This document shows positions 10,276 to 22,000 of a stretch of DNA of 64,000 nucleotides, one piece after another (positions within the stretch are counted from its first letter, which is position 1; each line of letters starts with the position of its first letter). Both the position numbers and the translations under genes were made by a program. This stretch comes from Spizellomyces punctatus DAOM BR117 (lineage: Eukaryota), in NCBI GenBank assembly GCA_000182565.2, contig KQ257458.1; one strand, given 5' to 3'. The notes below the pieces were generated by a model, which was not told the DNA's origin, ran no database searches, and saw only the letters and a program-made list of their open reading frames with translations.

Positions 10276-10677
10276 CTTGCCGGCATCGTGAGAACTATTT
10301 TTACTTCTATTCCGTACATGTTGCAGGATGCTGAACATTCCTTTTGGCCGTTAGAGTTGATATTTCCATGGTAGATCTCATATCATTGTGTGACGAGAGG
10401 GAAACACTCGCATTACGGCAGTCCCCTGGCTTGCTTGCTAGTGCCTCTGGTGTGGTCAATTGAGATATCCTTCAATGTGCCAATGTCAAGTGCAGGTCCA
10501 GGTCGTATATTCACGGACATATATATATCAACGCTACAATGAACAAACGTTGACAAGTATATCACACATCGGCACACCCGGTTCCCAACCCCCGACCAAG
10601 TTTCAAAAACCGTTGCCGTGCATTCAAAGCCCCCAAACGCATTCCCACCGCCAAAAGTAAAAAAATCTAGGATCTTT

Positions 10678-11383
10678 TTACTTTTTTCCAGACTTTTTGG
10701 CCTCTGCCTGTTGCGCCTTGAGCACCCGCTTCACAATCTTTTGTTCCTCAATCAAAAAGGCACGGACAATGCTGCAATGAAGTTTGGCTTAGCTAGAATT
10801 CATGACATGACAAGAAAAAACAGTACACACCGAGAGCGGACGCAGATACCGCATCGGCTACCACCATAAGGCCGGGTGACGGACTTTTGACGGCGAGAAA
10901 GGCGGGAGTACTGGGTGGGGCGGAGAGCAGGGATCTAACAAAAATCATCAATACAAAAGGTCAGATTGTGGATTCCTCATGAGATGCACGCGACATGCTG
11001 TTCCCCGCTCCCCAAGAATTCCAATTTGTTGCATTGTCCTCCCGTTCGGTTTGTTTTTGTCATCCCCCATTTGCCCACCAGCTGTCCTATCCCAATCCAA
11101 ACAACAAGTGTCGTCTCCGTCCATCGCCAATCCCATTTCAGACATTGGATGCTCACCCCTGAAAGGACGCTGCCGCAATCACCGCACTTGGGAGCCGACG
11201 CCTTCTTGACAATGTGAAGGACGGCCAACTTTCCACCTAAACGTTAAACCATGAGTTTACACATAGCCACTCCACACATTCGAAATGTTCACGACAAAAC
11301 GCACCAGGCGTCTTGATGACCCGGGTCTTGTTGGACTTGGTGTTGTAGGACAACCGACGGCGGTACGTCACGCGCTGGACCAT
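10678..11383 (-). CDS. RPL34: 60S ribosomal protein L34 (eL34), 4 coding exons
   Basis: Exons [27 protein letters not shown] / APKCGDCG / [13 protein letters not shown] / [14 protein letters not shown], joined by GT-AG introns. Confidence 0.96.
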
Positions 11384-11453
11384 GTTGACTTTTACGAATG
11401 AAAGGATCAGAGGTTAGCTTCCAGGTCTGGCTTCCAATGTTTTTGCGACCCCT

Positions 11454-11492
11454 CCATCCATCCATCCATTCGTTTACATCCATCCATCCATC
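11454..11492. repeat. Imperfect (ATCC)n microsatellite upstream of the RPL34 start (probable 5' UTR intron)
   Basis: Runs of ccatccatccatcc. Confidence 0.7.
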
Positions 11493-11804
11493 CTACATAA
11501 GTCTCATCTTCTCGCATCTCCAATCCTACGTTTGCATTTCGTTGATGCCCTTTCTCAAAAACCCACCTAAGTGTCGTTTAGGCCGTGGCAAGCTTTACTG
11601 GGAAAGGAAAAAGGAAGGAATCCTTCAAAAGACTGCAAGTGTGTGGGAATTCCCACGTTGGAATATCACGTGATAGTGGGAACGGAGTTATAAATTTATT
11701 ATCGCACGTTCTCGGATTTACAATCCATCTTCCTCCTCCTCCTTCCTTGGCATTGTTCGTTGTGAGCGTCCCCCTCATCCCTTCCGATAAGGTTGCAGAC
11801 TCCA

Positions 11805-13273
11805 ATGAGATCCCCTCAACGCCGCTCGTCAGAGGCCCGTATCAATGGGGCAGTTCTGGTGGACTCTAGTTCGTCAGCATCCTTGGAAGGAGTCCCACCA
11901 GCAAGAGAACAAGACACAGTTCGTCAACGTGTACGGACAAGGTCCGGTGAGCAAGTTGAACTCTTAGAGCAGGTGGAACAGGCCAATGGAACAAAGACGT
12001 CTTCCTCCCGATTGACTCTCAAATATGAGGAACTGATGCCTTGGCAGATGGTGAGATAAGATAGCTTTAGGAGGCCTTCCAGGCACGTTTTCTTCTTGAA
12101 GCATCCTGAACTCTACTCCAACACTGTATTGTATAACAGTACCGTTAACCCTTTTCCTCATTCAAATTATCATAGGACAACTTTTACATCCGTAGTGGAT
12201 ACAGACGCCTTCAGAACTCGTACAAGGGCTGCATGAGATCTCTCTTCTACCTTCACAATGAAACCGGCAACATTTTCTCTCATTTTCTGGGAGCCCTAGG
12301 ATTTGTCGCCTCCTTTTTTGTGACCTACGGATATGCAATCGAGGGAGTGGATACCGTTACATACGCGGATCAGACTGTGATAGCCGTATTTTTGTTCTCA
12401 GCGGTGGCGTGCCTTGGACTGTCAGCCTTCTTCCATACCTGCATATGTCATTCCCAGGATGTTTGCATTATGTGGAATAAAGCGGATTACGTAGGGATTG
12501 TCTTATTGATCTGGTATGGTCTGTCCGTTTGGGTCGGTCTTTTGCTGTTGTTCACCGTTTGTCTGGGATCACCATTAGCGGATCTACGGTACCCACGATA
12601 TATTATGCGTTTTACTGTCATGATACCCTTAAAAGGATTTATCTCGCCATGACTACTCTCTTTGGAATCCTCACGGTGCGTTGTTGATTTGGAGTGGTAT
12701 TCGCTTGGAAAGAAGTATTGTACTTTACCTGATGTTGATTGTTGCCGGTAGCTCTTTATGTGTTTATCGTCAAGATTCGCAACACCAGAATATCGATTCA
12801 TTCGAACTGGAAACTTTGTTGCACTAGGGTTGTCTGGAGTGATACCCTTGCTGCATTCAATAAATCTGTATGGGGTAGGTACGCAATTACTTTCAACCAT
12901 ACACATTGTCTCTGATAACCTTGCCCCGATAGTTCAACTTTGTGTCCGGATCGCTGGCCTTTTGGAATCTTGTCATCATGGCCGCGCTCTATTTGGCGGG
13001 AGCCGTTATTTATGCGAGCAGAATACCAGAGCGATGGTACCCGGGCCGCTTTGACATTTGGGTAAGGGACCCAAGTCACTATCGTGCTGTTGTTATCAGT
13101 TGCTCATATTGTATACCTTATAGGGTCACTCACATCAAATATTCCATGTTCTGGTCGTATCGGCGGCTACGGTCCATTATTTTGGGGTCATGTCAGACTT
13201 TCGCTTCTGGCATGCGGAGAACCCGCACTGCTCCGTGCCAACAGATCAACTTGTTGCGCGGTTCAGCCATTAA
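11805..13273 (+). CDS. PAQR / adiponectin-receptor-like (Izh, haemolysin-III family) membrane protein, multi-exon
   Basis: Motifs [59 protein letters not shown]. Confidence 0.93.
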
Positions 13274-13466
13274 AGTTTATTATATACGAGTATTATAGGT
13301 ACAGAGATTTTGTGGAGCGAAAACAGCGGACCTTTTATTGGGTCGCTGTTTTGTGACAGAAAAGATCTTGTATTAATTTAGAGTAGAAAATACATTGGAA
13401 ATGCGCGTTTAATCTCCAAGATGTCAGTGATTCCATAGTGCATTTCAACGACCGAACCAACGAACG

Positions 13467-14312
13467 ATGCCCCATGCCTTCCTTGACATTCACATTGGAG
13501 ACGCCGCGGCACACGCCGCCCTACAAAGCGCCTACGAGCGTACCATAGGCTTTATAGCCGCAAAAAGCAGCGAACTCGCCGTTGACCCACTTTGCAAGCC
13601 AGAAGATCTCGCAGATTGGCAACAGGAGATGGCTGTCGAAATGTACAATTCAGACCCAACCTGGCAGGAAAAGGTAAAATACGGCCTCTGAATAGGGCAC
13701 ACTTCACACCCAGTGTGAACGTGTGGGTTTTAGCGTTTTTGTATGAGGCAGGACACATTTGCTGAATTTTTCTTCCTGCATAAACAGGGGCCCATCAGAC
13801 TGACCCCACCACCACCACCACGGGGAGGTCGAATCCTATTCACACTCTACGCCGACAAATGTCCCAAAACCGTTACAAATTTCCTCGCCCTTTGCACTGG
13901 ATCAAAGGGCCTGTCTAAATCCACCAAAAAGCCATTACACTACAAATCCATTCCCATCCACCGCATCGTACGGGGTTTCGTCGCGCAAGGAGGAGATATC
14001 ACCCGTTATGACGGATCAGGAGGAGACAGTATCTACGGCGGAACGTTCAACGATGAAAAAGAGGGGCTTAAACTCAAGTTTGAAAAAGGGGTGTTGGCTA
14101 TGGCGAATTCCGGAAAGAATAGCAATACGAGTCAGTTTTTTGTTACGTTGGGTGAGGATCCAAAGAAATTGGCTAAAATGGATGGAAAGTATGTTGTCTT
14201 TGGGAAAGTTGTGGAGGGATGGGAGGTTTTGGACTTGTTGGATGCTGTTGGCACAGATGATGGGCGGCCTAGGGATCAAGTGCAAATTGTCGATTGTGGG
14301 GAACTACCTTAG
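13467..14312 (+). CDS. Cyclophilin-type peptidyl-prolyl isomerase, 2 exons
   Basis: PKTVTNFLALCTG, HRIVRGFVAQGGD, AMANSGKNSNTSQFFVT, DGKYVVFGKV. Confidence 0.95.
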
Positions 14313-14800
14313 AATCATTTTTCAGTAGATTGCTGCAATGGAAAAGAGTCTTTTTGATTCGTTTAATGTTGGATTTGGCAAGCACTACGATTACTCTGTA
14401 ACGTCTCGCTGCTTTAACCGAGCACTGGAAGACCTTTGGACGCACTCTGCCATGTGTTTGCACAGTCTGCTGGACCATTATCTTCCATTTTCATCTCATC
14501 GTTTTTTGCATCATCTTGCCATGTTAAACCTTTTCCGTGCTCAGAGCGTCATCGTTTGAACACGGCCTGTGTTAAACTGGTGGGTTCATGATTCCAATCA
14601 CATCATAACCATAGCAATGATTTCCAAATATGGTTATATAGAGAGCATTGGAGTGTGTTCCATCCACCTTCCGGAACCATCTGGCAATTTGTGTGTCATC
14701 TCGTACGGATGCTTCGTCATCATTTGGATAGTGTTATAAAAACGCAACCCTTTGGGCTTTCCCCCCCGTCGTTGTTTGAACTTATTGTTTACAAGAAGAA

Positions 14801-17470
14801 ATGAATCCGGAAAACTTTACGGATAAAACGACTGCTATCCTAAACCGGGCACAGGAACTTGCCCGCGAGTTTGCGCACGTTCAACTAGCGCCCATTCATA
14901 TCGCCTCGGCCCTCTTTGACGACGACGATGGCCTCGTTCGCTCCATAATAACAAAAGCGGGGGGTGACCCTGCTTTAGCGGAACGCAAATTAAAGTCCCT
15001 CCTCGTTCGACAGCCTACACAGGACCCGCCACCCGACCAGATATCGTTCCATCCAAACACAATGAAGGTCCTTCGCATGGCGGACGATATTCGGAAAAAG
15101 CAGAAAGACACACATCTCAGTATTGACCACTTGATCCTTGCGCTGATGGAGCAAAGTGAGATCATGGGCGCCCTTTCAGAGGCTGGTGTGACAAAGAAGG
15201 CTCTCGAAAACGCCATTCAACAAGTTAGAGGAAACCGACGGGTCGATTCCAAAAGCGCCGATTCAACATACGAGGCTCTATCTAAATACGCGGTCGATCT
15301 TGTCGCCATGGCCGAGGAAGGCAAGCTTGATCCGTGCATTGGACGTGATGATGAGATCCGCCGTGTGATACGCGTCCTTGCTCGCCGAACTAAAAATAAT
15401 CCCGTACTGGTTGGTGAGCCCGGTGTCGGTAAGACGGCCATTGTGGAAGGACTAGCTCAGCGTATCGTGAGAAAAGATGTCCCGGCATCCTTGCAAGCGA
15501 GAATCTATTCACTTGACATGGGTGCCTTGATTGCGGGTGCGAAATACCGTGGAGAGTTTGAGGAACGTCTCAAGGCTGTTTTGAAGGAGGTCAAGGACGC
15601 CGAAGGTAATATTATCATGTTCATCGACGAGATACACACGGTCCTCGGCGCCGGCAAGACAGAAGGATCGATGGACGCCGCCAATCTTCTTAAACCTATG
15701 CTTGCTCGTGGCGAACTTCGGTTGATCGGCGCGACCACGCTCGGCGAATATCAAAAATACGTGGAAAAAGATGCAGCCTTTGAGCGCCGTTTCCAGATGG
15801 TGATGGTTGGTGAACCTTCGGTGGAAGCAACCATCTCGATTTTACGTGGTATTCGGGAGAAATGGGAGACCTTCCACGGTGTCCGCATTCTTGATGCTGC
15901 TCTTGTCACGGCTGCGACACTAGCCGATCGATACATTACGAACCGATTCCTCCCTGACAAGGCAATTGACCTGGTAGACGAAGCATGCGCGAACACACGT
16001 GTTCAACTTGACTCGCAACCCGAAATTATCGATACACTCGAACGAAAGCATCTGCAACTTGAAGTCGAAGCCACTGCCCTTGCGAAAGAGAATGACCCGG
16101 CCTCCCAGCAACGACTACAAAAGGTTCGCGAAGAAATGGCTCGCATTCGCGAACAATTGAGGCCTCTCAAGCTCCGGTATGAGCAAGAAAAGGGCCGAGT
16201 GGAGGAGATACGTGGCCTTAAGGCCAAGCTGGAGGAGCTTAAACACAAGATTTCGGAGGCTGAGCGACGCTACGATCTTGCATTGGCGGCCGACCTTCGA
16301 TACTACGCTGTACCAGAGATTGAAAAGAAGATTGCAGAGCTCGAAGCAAAGCATAAAGAGGAAAAGGCACGAATGGCCGAAAATGCGACATCTGGAGCAG
16401 GTCAACTTGTTTCCGAAGTGGTCACCTCGGACCAGATCATGGAAGTCGTGGCTCGATGGACGGGAATTCCAGTGACAAAGCTCAACAAATCCCAAATTGA
16501 TCGTCTACTCAATCTCGCCGATGTCTTGCATCAACGCGTCGTGGGACAAGACGAAGCTGTCAAAGCGGTTTCTGAAGCCATTCTGCGATCTCGCGCCGGC
16601 CTATCTAGTGGTGGTACGATTGGGTCCTTTTTGTTCCTAGGTCCGACGGGTGTGGGAAAAACAGAATTGGCCAAGACATTGGCAACGGAACTCTTTGACG
16701 ATGACAAGAGAGGCCTTGTGCGCATTGATATGTCCGAGTATATGGAGCAACACACTGTCGCCCGTCTCATTGGTGCTCCGCCTGGTTACGTTGGATATGA
16801 TGAAGGTGGCCAACTTACTGAAGCTGTGCGCCGGCATCCATACTGCGTTGTCTTGTTCGACGAGGTAGAAAAGGCCCACCCGCAAGTCCTGAATGTTCTT
16901 CTTCAAGTCTTGGACGATGGACGCCTCACGGATGGAAAAGGCCGCGTTGTAGATTTCCACAACACGGTGATCATCATGACATCCAATGTCGGATCCCACC
17001 TCCTCCAAACCCCCAAAGTTGACGAACCAGTCAAACAGGCTGTGATGATGGAAGTGCGACGAACCTTCAAGCCAGAACTCTTAAACCGGATCACAGATAT
17101 TGTTATTTTCCACCCACTAGGCCATGACCATCTCCGCCAAATCGTCAAGATCCAACTCAAGGAAATTGCCAAGCGTCTCGAATCCAAGAACATTCAACTA
17201 AAGATCTCGGATGCTGCCGCTGATTTGGTCCTTGCTCGCGCTTATGACCCACTCTACGGTGCAAGGCCTTTACGCCGATACTTGGAACGTGTCCTTGTTA
17301 CAAAATTGTCGAAAATGCTTATCAGTGGCGCCTTGACGGATCGCAGCGTTGCCTATGTTGAGACAGTCGAGGAGGCTGGTGACACGGTGCGTGCCAAACC
17401 CGAAGATTTGGAGGAAGGAATAGTGATTAGGGTAGAACGGGCGACTGAGAATGATATGGAGACGGATTGA
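14801..17470 (+). CDS. HSP104: Hsp104/ClpB AAA+ disaggregase, intronless
   Basis: Clp N-domain, two Walker A motifs ([16 protein letters not shown]), coiled-coil middle domain, RIDMSEY and GARPLRR. Confidence 0.97.
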   Translation: MNPENFTDKTTAILNRAQELAREFAHVQLAPIHIASALFDDDDGLVRSIITKAGGDPALAERKLKSLLVRQPTQDPPPDQISFHPNTMKVLRMADDIRKKQKDTHLSIDHLILALMEQSEIMGALSEAGVTKKALENAIQQVRGNRRVDSKSADSTYEALSKYAVDLVAMAEEGKLDPCIGRDDEIRRVIRVLARRTKNNPVLVGEPGVGKTAIVEGLAQRIVRKDVPASLQARIYSLDMGALIAGAKYRGEFEERLKAVLKEVKDAEGNIIMFIDEIHTVLGAGKTEGSMDAANLLKPMLARGELRLIGATTLGEYQKYVEKDAAFERRFQMVMVGEPSVEATISILRGIREKWETFHGVRILDAALVTAATLADRYITNRFLPDKAIDLVDEACANTRVQLDSQPEIIDTLERKHLQLEVEATALAKENDPASQQRLQKVREEMARIREQLRPLKLRYEQEKGRVEEIRGLKAKLEELKHKISEAERRYDLALAADLRYYAVPEIEKKIAELEAKHKEEKARMAENATSGAGQLVSEVVTSDQIMEVVARWTGIPVTKLNKSQIDRLLNLADVLHQRVVGQDEAVKAVSEAILRSRAGLSSGGTIGSFLFLGPTGVGKTELAKTLATELFDDDKRGLVRIDMSEYMEQHTVARLIGAPPGYVGYDEGGQLTEAVRRHPYCVVLFDEVEKAHPQVLNVLLQVLDDGRLTDGKGRVVDFHNTVIIMTSNVGSHLLQTPKVDEPVKQAVMMEVRRTFKPELLNRITDIVIFHPLGHDHLRQIVKIQLKEIAKRLESKNIQLKISDAAADLVLARAYDPLYGARPLRRYLERVLVTKLSKMLISGALTDRSVAYVETVEEAGDTVRAKPEDLEEGIVIRVERATENDMETD

Positions 17471-17860
17471 CTACGCTCGGACCTGAATGGTCGAATCAAT
17501 GGAAGAAAACATGGGTGGGATGGACATGAAGATGGGATTGAGCAGCCGAAAAGGAAACGGCCATCGAGTAGGCTTTGAACTTTGGTTTTGTGTATATAAT
17601 TTTCGGCTAGCTCTTCTTTGATTAGAGCTCTTCACTGTATACCTTTGATTTTTGCTTCTTGTATAAATATATCCATTTTCTAAAAACACAAATAACTTTG
17701 CCAACTTTATTAAACGACGGGACATGTCTGCAGGTCTTCAAATGCACATAACAAAATTAATATTCGTTCGAAAGAGTACATAATAAATACAAGGCAAAAA
17801 AGAACATACATCCAATTCACTCCCGCCCTCTTTCTTTTACCGGTTTCCTGTCAGGCATCT

Positions 17861-20800
17861 TCAGGATTGTCCCTGCACTAACGGTAGCACCGGCGCCGTA
17901 ACAGAATTTTGTCCCGACTTTAAACTCAAGCTCAACCGAGACGTAAGCATCTTTTTCTTGTTATCCCGCTCTCGCATATTTAACAAAATATCCTTATTTC
18001 GTATGAGGGTGTCGATCATGGGCTGGAGTGGAGTTACCTTGTGAACAGTTTCAAGCACTGTAATAAAAAAAAAGAAAACATAATGTTTGAGCAAAAATCA
18101 TAATCTGAACTAGAAATCCCAGAAAACGTTAACGTACTCGGTTGACAAAGGAATTCAATAAATCCAAGTTGACTTTGCGGGATATTCATATTATCTCTAT
18201 CCATATAGGGACTCACAGGTAATCCCAACCGTTTCTCTTCATCCCCTTGACTAGCAAATTCCTTGATAAGACGATCTAGCCAGGCACAATAGACTGGCCA
18301 TTCTCGGGTGAGGTTGGAGACGTCTGCGCATTTGATGAGCATTCGAAAGAGGAGGGCTCGGTCGTCGGGGTTCAGTTGGGGGTCAAAGGTTCCTGCAGCA
18401 GAGACCTGCCAAAACATAACAAACAAAATAATGTAGGGTTTAATCACACTTGTCTACTCCTTTGGTCTTTGCCCCATTTTTCGATTTTTTCCCTCCAACA
18501 CACACCTTATTTTTAAACATGGCCAGTGTCGTAAAATGTCCAGCCATATCTGTTGCCATGACCATATCAATGACTTGTTCCCGTACTTTGCGGGCATCTT
18601 CCGTCGAAAATGCTGCAAGGATATTATTTTCTTCTTTGAGCATGATGCTAAAGCCTGTCGCCAAATGATGGTTCTCAAGAACAGAGCGGTCATTGTAGAG
18701 GATTGCTTTGGGGTTTTGAGTGACGATAAGGAAATTGTTGTTGACGCCGGGGTGATCCAGATCTGGTAGGGGTACGGGTAAGGACGAGTGCGTTAGATGG
18801 TGTTAATTTGACAAGGTATCTTGGTCACTCACCGTGGATGATCGCCGCTAGATAGGCTGCAAAACATTCGAGGTCTGTTGGGTTGAGTGTGGATGTTTTG
18901 ATAAAACAGTGAATCGCTTGTAAAACATCTGCAGCGTGCGTTGCATTGTGATCTGCCAAAAACAAAAAGGTAAGTACCATAAAAGATAAAAAGTAAAATT
19001 CAAGAGGTCACTCGGGGGATGCAGGGAAATTCAAAATAGCACTCACAGGGTACTTCCGGTCGATAAACCGCTTCCACTTTTCTCAAAAATCTGGCCACAC
19101 GGTCCATTGGGATTTTCAAGCGATCCCCTAATCCCCCTGCTTGCATTAAATGCATGCCCAAAACCGTTAATGGTCTCCCGCCCGTTAGAGCCTCAAACTC
19201 AAAAATCGACCACGACCAATGATCCACCGTCGATAACATATATCTCACTTTGATATTTTCCTTAAATGTATCTCCACGGTCAAGTGAAGCCCGTCGACGC
19301 AGTTCCCTTTCTTTGAGTGCCCCAACGGGCGTCAAAAGATGCGGCAAGTCAAGAAGCGGATAAGAATTAGGAAACCCAACCGACGGCCTGCCACCCGACT
19401 GAACCGACGACTGTGATCTTGACATTTCTCTATCAGGACCCGATAAACCTTCTTCAAGCGCCCCAAGTTGATCACTGGTAGTCATCGACGGGATCATGCC
19501 AGGTAAGCGTGGTATTGGAGGCTCAGATTTACTGGGACGGCCTCCTCCCTCGTCAACCATTTCGAGAACATTTTCCATCGGAGGGTGGACGTTGGAATCT
19601 CGACGGGAAACGTCCGATCGGGCGGATCGTGCTAGACGGCCTCTTCGGGAGGCTTTATTTTGACCTGGAAGTAGGTTTAACAGCCAAGCCTATAAAAGCC
19701 GTATTTTTGACGTAATGATCAGTGGAACCAGCGAAAATAGTCGAACGAAACATGACATGCAGCTACCTCTTGTTCTTGATCCAAGCCCATAAAGCCTCCA
19801 CTAAGCTGTTTTCCCAGTTCCGGTGTGAAAAGTCTATCGCTATCACTGAGCCATCCCAACACCTTGCTAAGATGCTTAAACGTTGATGTATCCAGTGAAG
19901 GATTGGCCATGACACTTTTGACCGTTTGAATTGCCTTTTCTAGGGGGCTGTCCAGGTCTGCCGCTTGCAGACTGTACTGTTTCTGCAATCCTTTAAGCTT
20001 ATTCTTGAGCCCTTCATTGACAGACTTTAATCCAGATGCGACAATAAACTGTCTCCGATCAGTCCGCTCCACTACCCGGGTGATCCACGTTGAAAACGCT
20101 GTCCCAACTACGAGATACCATAGAATGAATATATATGACAAGGAATTATGAGCGCTGAGGCGATCCCAGAAAATTCCGGCGTAGCATGCTACATCGATGA
20201 TTCCAAATAGTAGGGTCATATGAGCTGGAAAGCAAGCCATGGATGGAATAGCAAAGACGCAAATTAAATTGAGAAGGCCGTAATTCCAAATGTCGCCTTC
20301 AGGATCAACGAATTTGGGTCTCAAGACTGATGTGAGCGCCAAAAGAGTTCCAGTTAGCTTACAAAAAAAGTCAAAGTCAAAACTTTTAAAAAATACGACT
20401 TTAGTGCACATACTGTAGTTTTGGACAACGCAGATGATCATGGCCGTACAGAAAAGCTGCTGGCATATGCGACTCATCACGTCCGCATGTGCGTATCGGT
20501 AAGCGACGAACAATATACCGAACGGAATGCCATTGCCGAGTACAAGAAAGAGTAGATCAGCTAGCCAGTTGTATCTGAAATGAAAGTATTGGACAATGGG
20601 ATCAGAACGCCTTCGCCCTCTGGAATACGCTATTGCTTTTACTTACCGCTTGCCCGAGTTGCTCTCCAATGGACACCATCCGTGGGTCAACGCCGCACAC
20701 CCTCGAGAATCAGAGACGAATGCAAGCACAATATATTGCGCATACACACAAACAACGGCCGATCCCATCAATAGTCCGACTCCAGCCCACCGTCGATGGT

Positions 20801-21296
20801 ACGTTGCCCAAAACCATCGTTCATACTCCCTTTCCCGTTCCGTATCCTCAAACTTCATCATCAGCACCTTTCGCCATACATTCCAGGAAAAGTTCCAAAG
20901 CGGGCCTCGCGTCGTGGAATCCGTCAGATCTTCAGGAAAGACAACACCAGATGTGAAGCGACGAAAGAGACTGGATGGATGCGATTTTGTTACACTCGGC
21001 GTAATACTCCCCACCGCTGGACCAAACATTGGAAAATCCCATGATGCAGCCGTAGATGCAATGCCCGTCTCCGAATTCGGACCTACCCCGCTTACCCCGC
21101 TTCTGGTAGGTGCTTCTTCCTTGGACACGATCGATGTGCGACTTCCCCTACCCAGGGTCGCGTCCACCCCATATTTCAAACCATCCATTGCTACAGCTGT
21201 ATCGTCCATACGTTTCCGCGATGATTCATGAAAATCCCGGCCTCTTTGTTCTTGTCGCTCCTCTGCGGGACTCAGATCCACTTGAAAAAAAGACAT
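17861..21296 (-). CDS. Membrane-anchored class I cyclic-nucleotide phosphodiesterase, multi-exon
   Basis: HNATHAADVLQ, HDLDHPGVNNNFL, VLENHH, MATDMAGH, IKCADVSN and QGDEEKRLGLPVSPYMDR. Several N-terminal hydrophobic helices. Confidence 0.92.
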
Positions 21297-21356
21297 GAAT
21301 ACCCCCAGATTCTGTGCTTAGGTCATTTTGTGCGGGCGTCTAATGTGCCCTCAAGT

Positions 21357-21376
21357 TGTGTGTGTGTGTGTGTGTG
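21357..21376. repeat. (TG)10 microsatellite
   Basis: Read directly from the sequence. Confidence 0.9.
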
Positions 21377-22000
21377 TTTTGGGCGTCGATAGATTAAGTC
21401 ATCGTCTTTAAACGCTTCCAATTGAATTATACTCCGATAAATGATCCTCAAGGGCTTCAGGCGTCGCGACACTGGGCCCAACGTGTTCTTGAATGAACGA
21501 ACCCAGACTCCGACAAATGTAAATCCAGACCTATCAAACTATATCTCGTCCCAATTGCGCTAGTCAACTGGCGTATTGTTTTCATATAGTGTGAACCATC
21601 CGGTCCGGTCAAGTATCGGAACTCTGCCCACTCTATTTATTCGGAAGGCTAGACTTTTGAAAATCATAGGCTCCGCTATTGCAAAATCATATTCAAGTCT
21701 GGAGGACTTTTTTCCCAACGTGGGACTTATGTAAGGATCCTTCTACCAAGGCGTCGTTCCAACAACGGCGTGATGGGAGATCTTTTTCATTGAAAAGCCA
21801 AGGTCATATCGAAAATAGCCTTCTTGACTATGGAAATCAGAATCATGGAGCAACCAGTTAGGGTCTGAGATTAAGGGTATGATCAAAGGATCCGGAATTG
21901 GTACGGAGGTTCTCAATCCCGTCTTTGGTGTTGTAGGGCATTTAGACCTAGAGTAACTACAAATTGGGTGAGGTACCTGATACTTTGGCTAATTTGTATT

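Noticed and set aside
14655-14680. Heat-shock element upstream of HSP104
   Set aside because: Only two properly phased units (TTCcgGAA); suggestive but too weak to call.
14896-17193. Series of minus-strand ORFs within HSP104
   Set aside because: Antisense shadows of a codon-biased gene.
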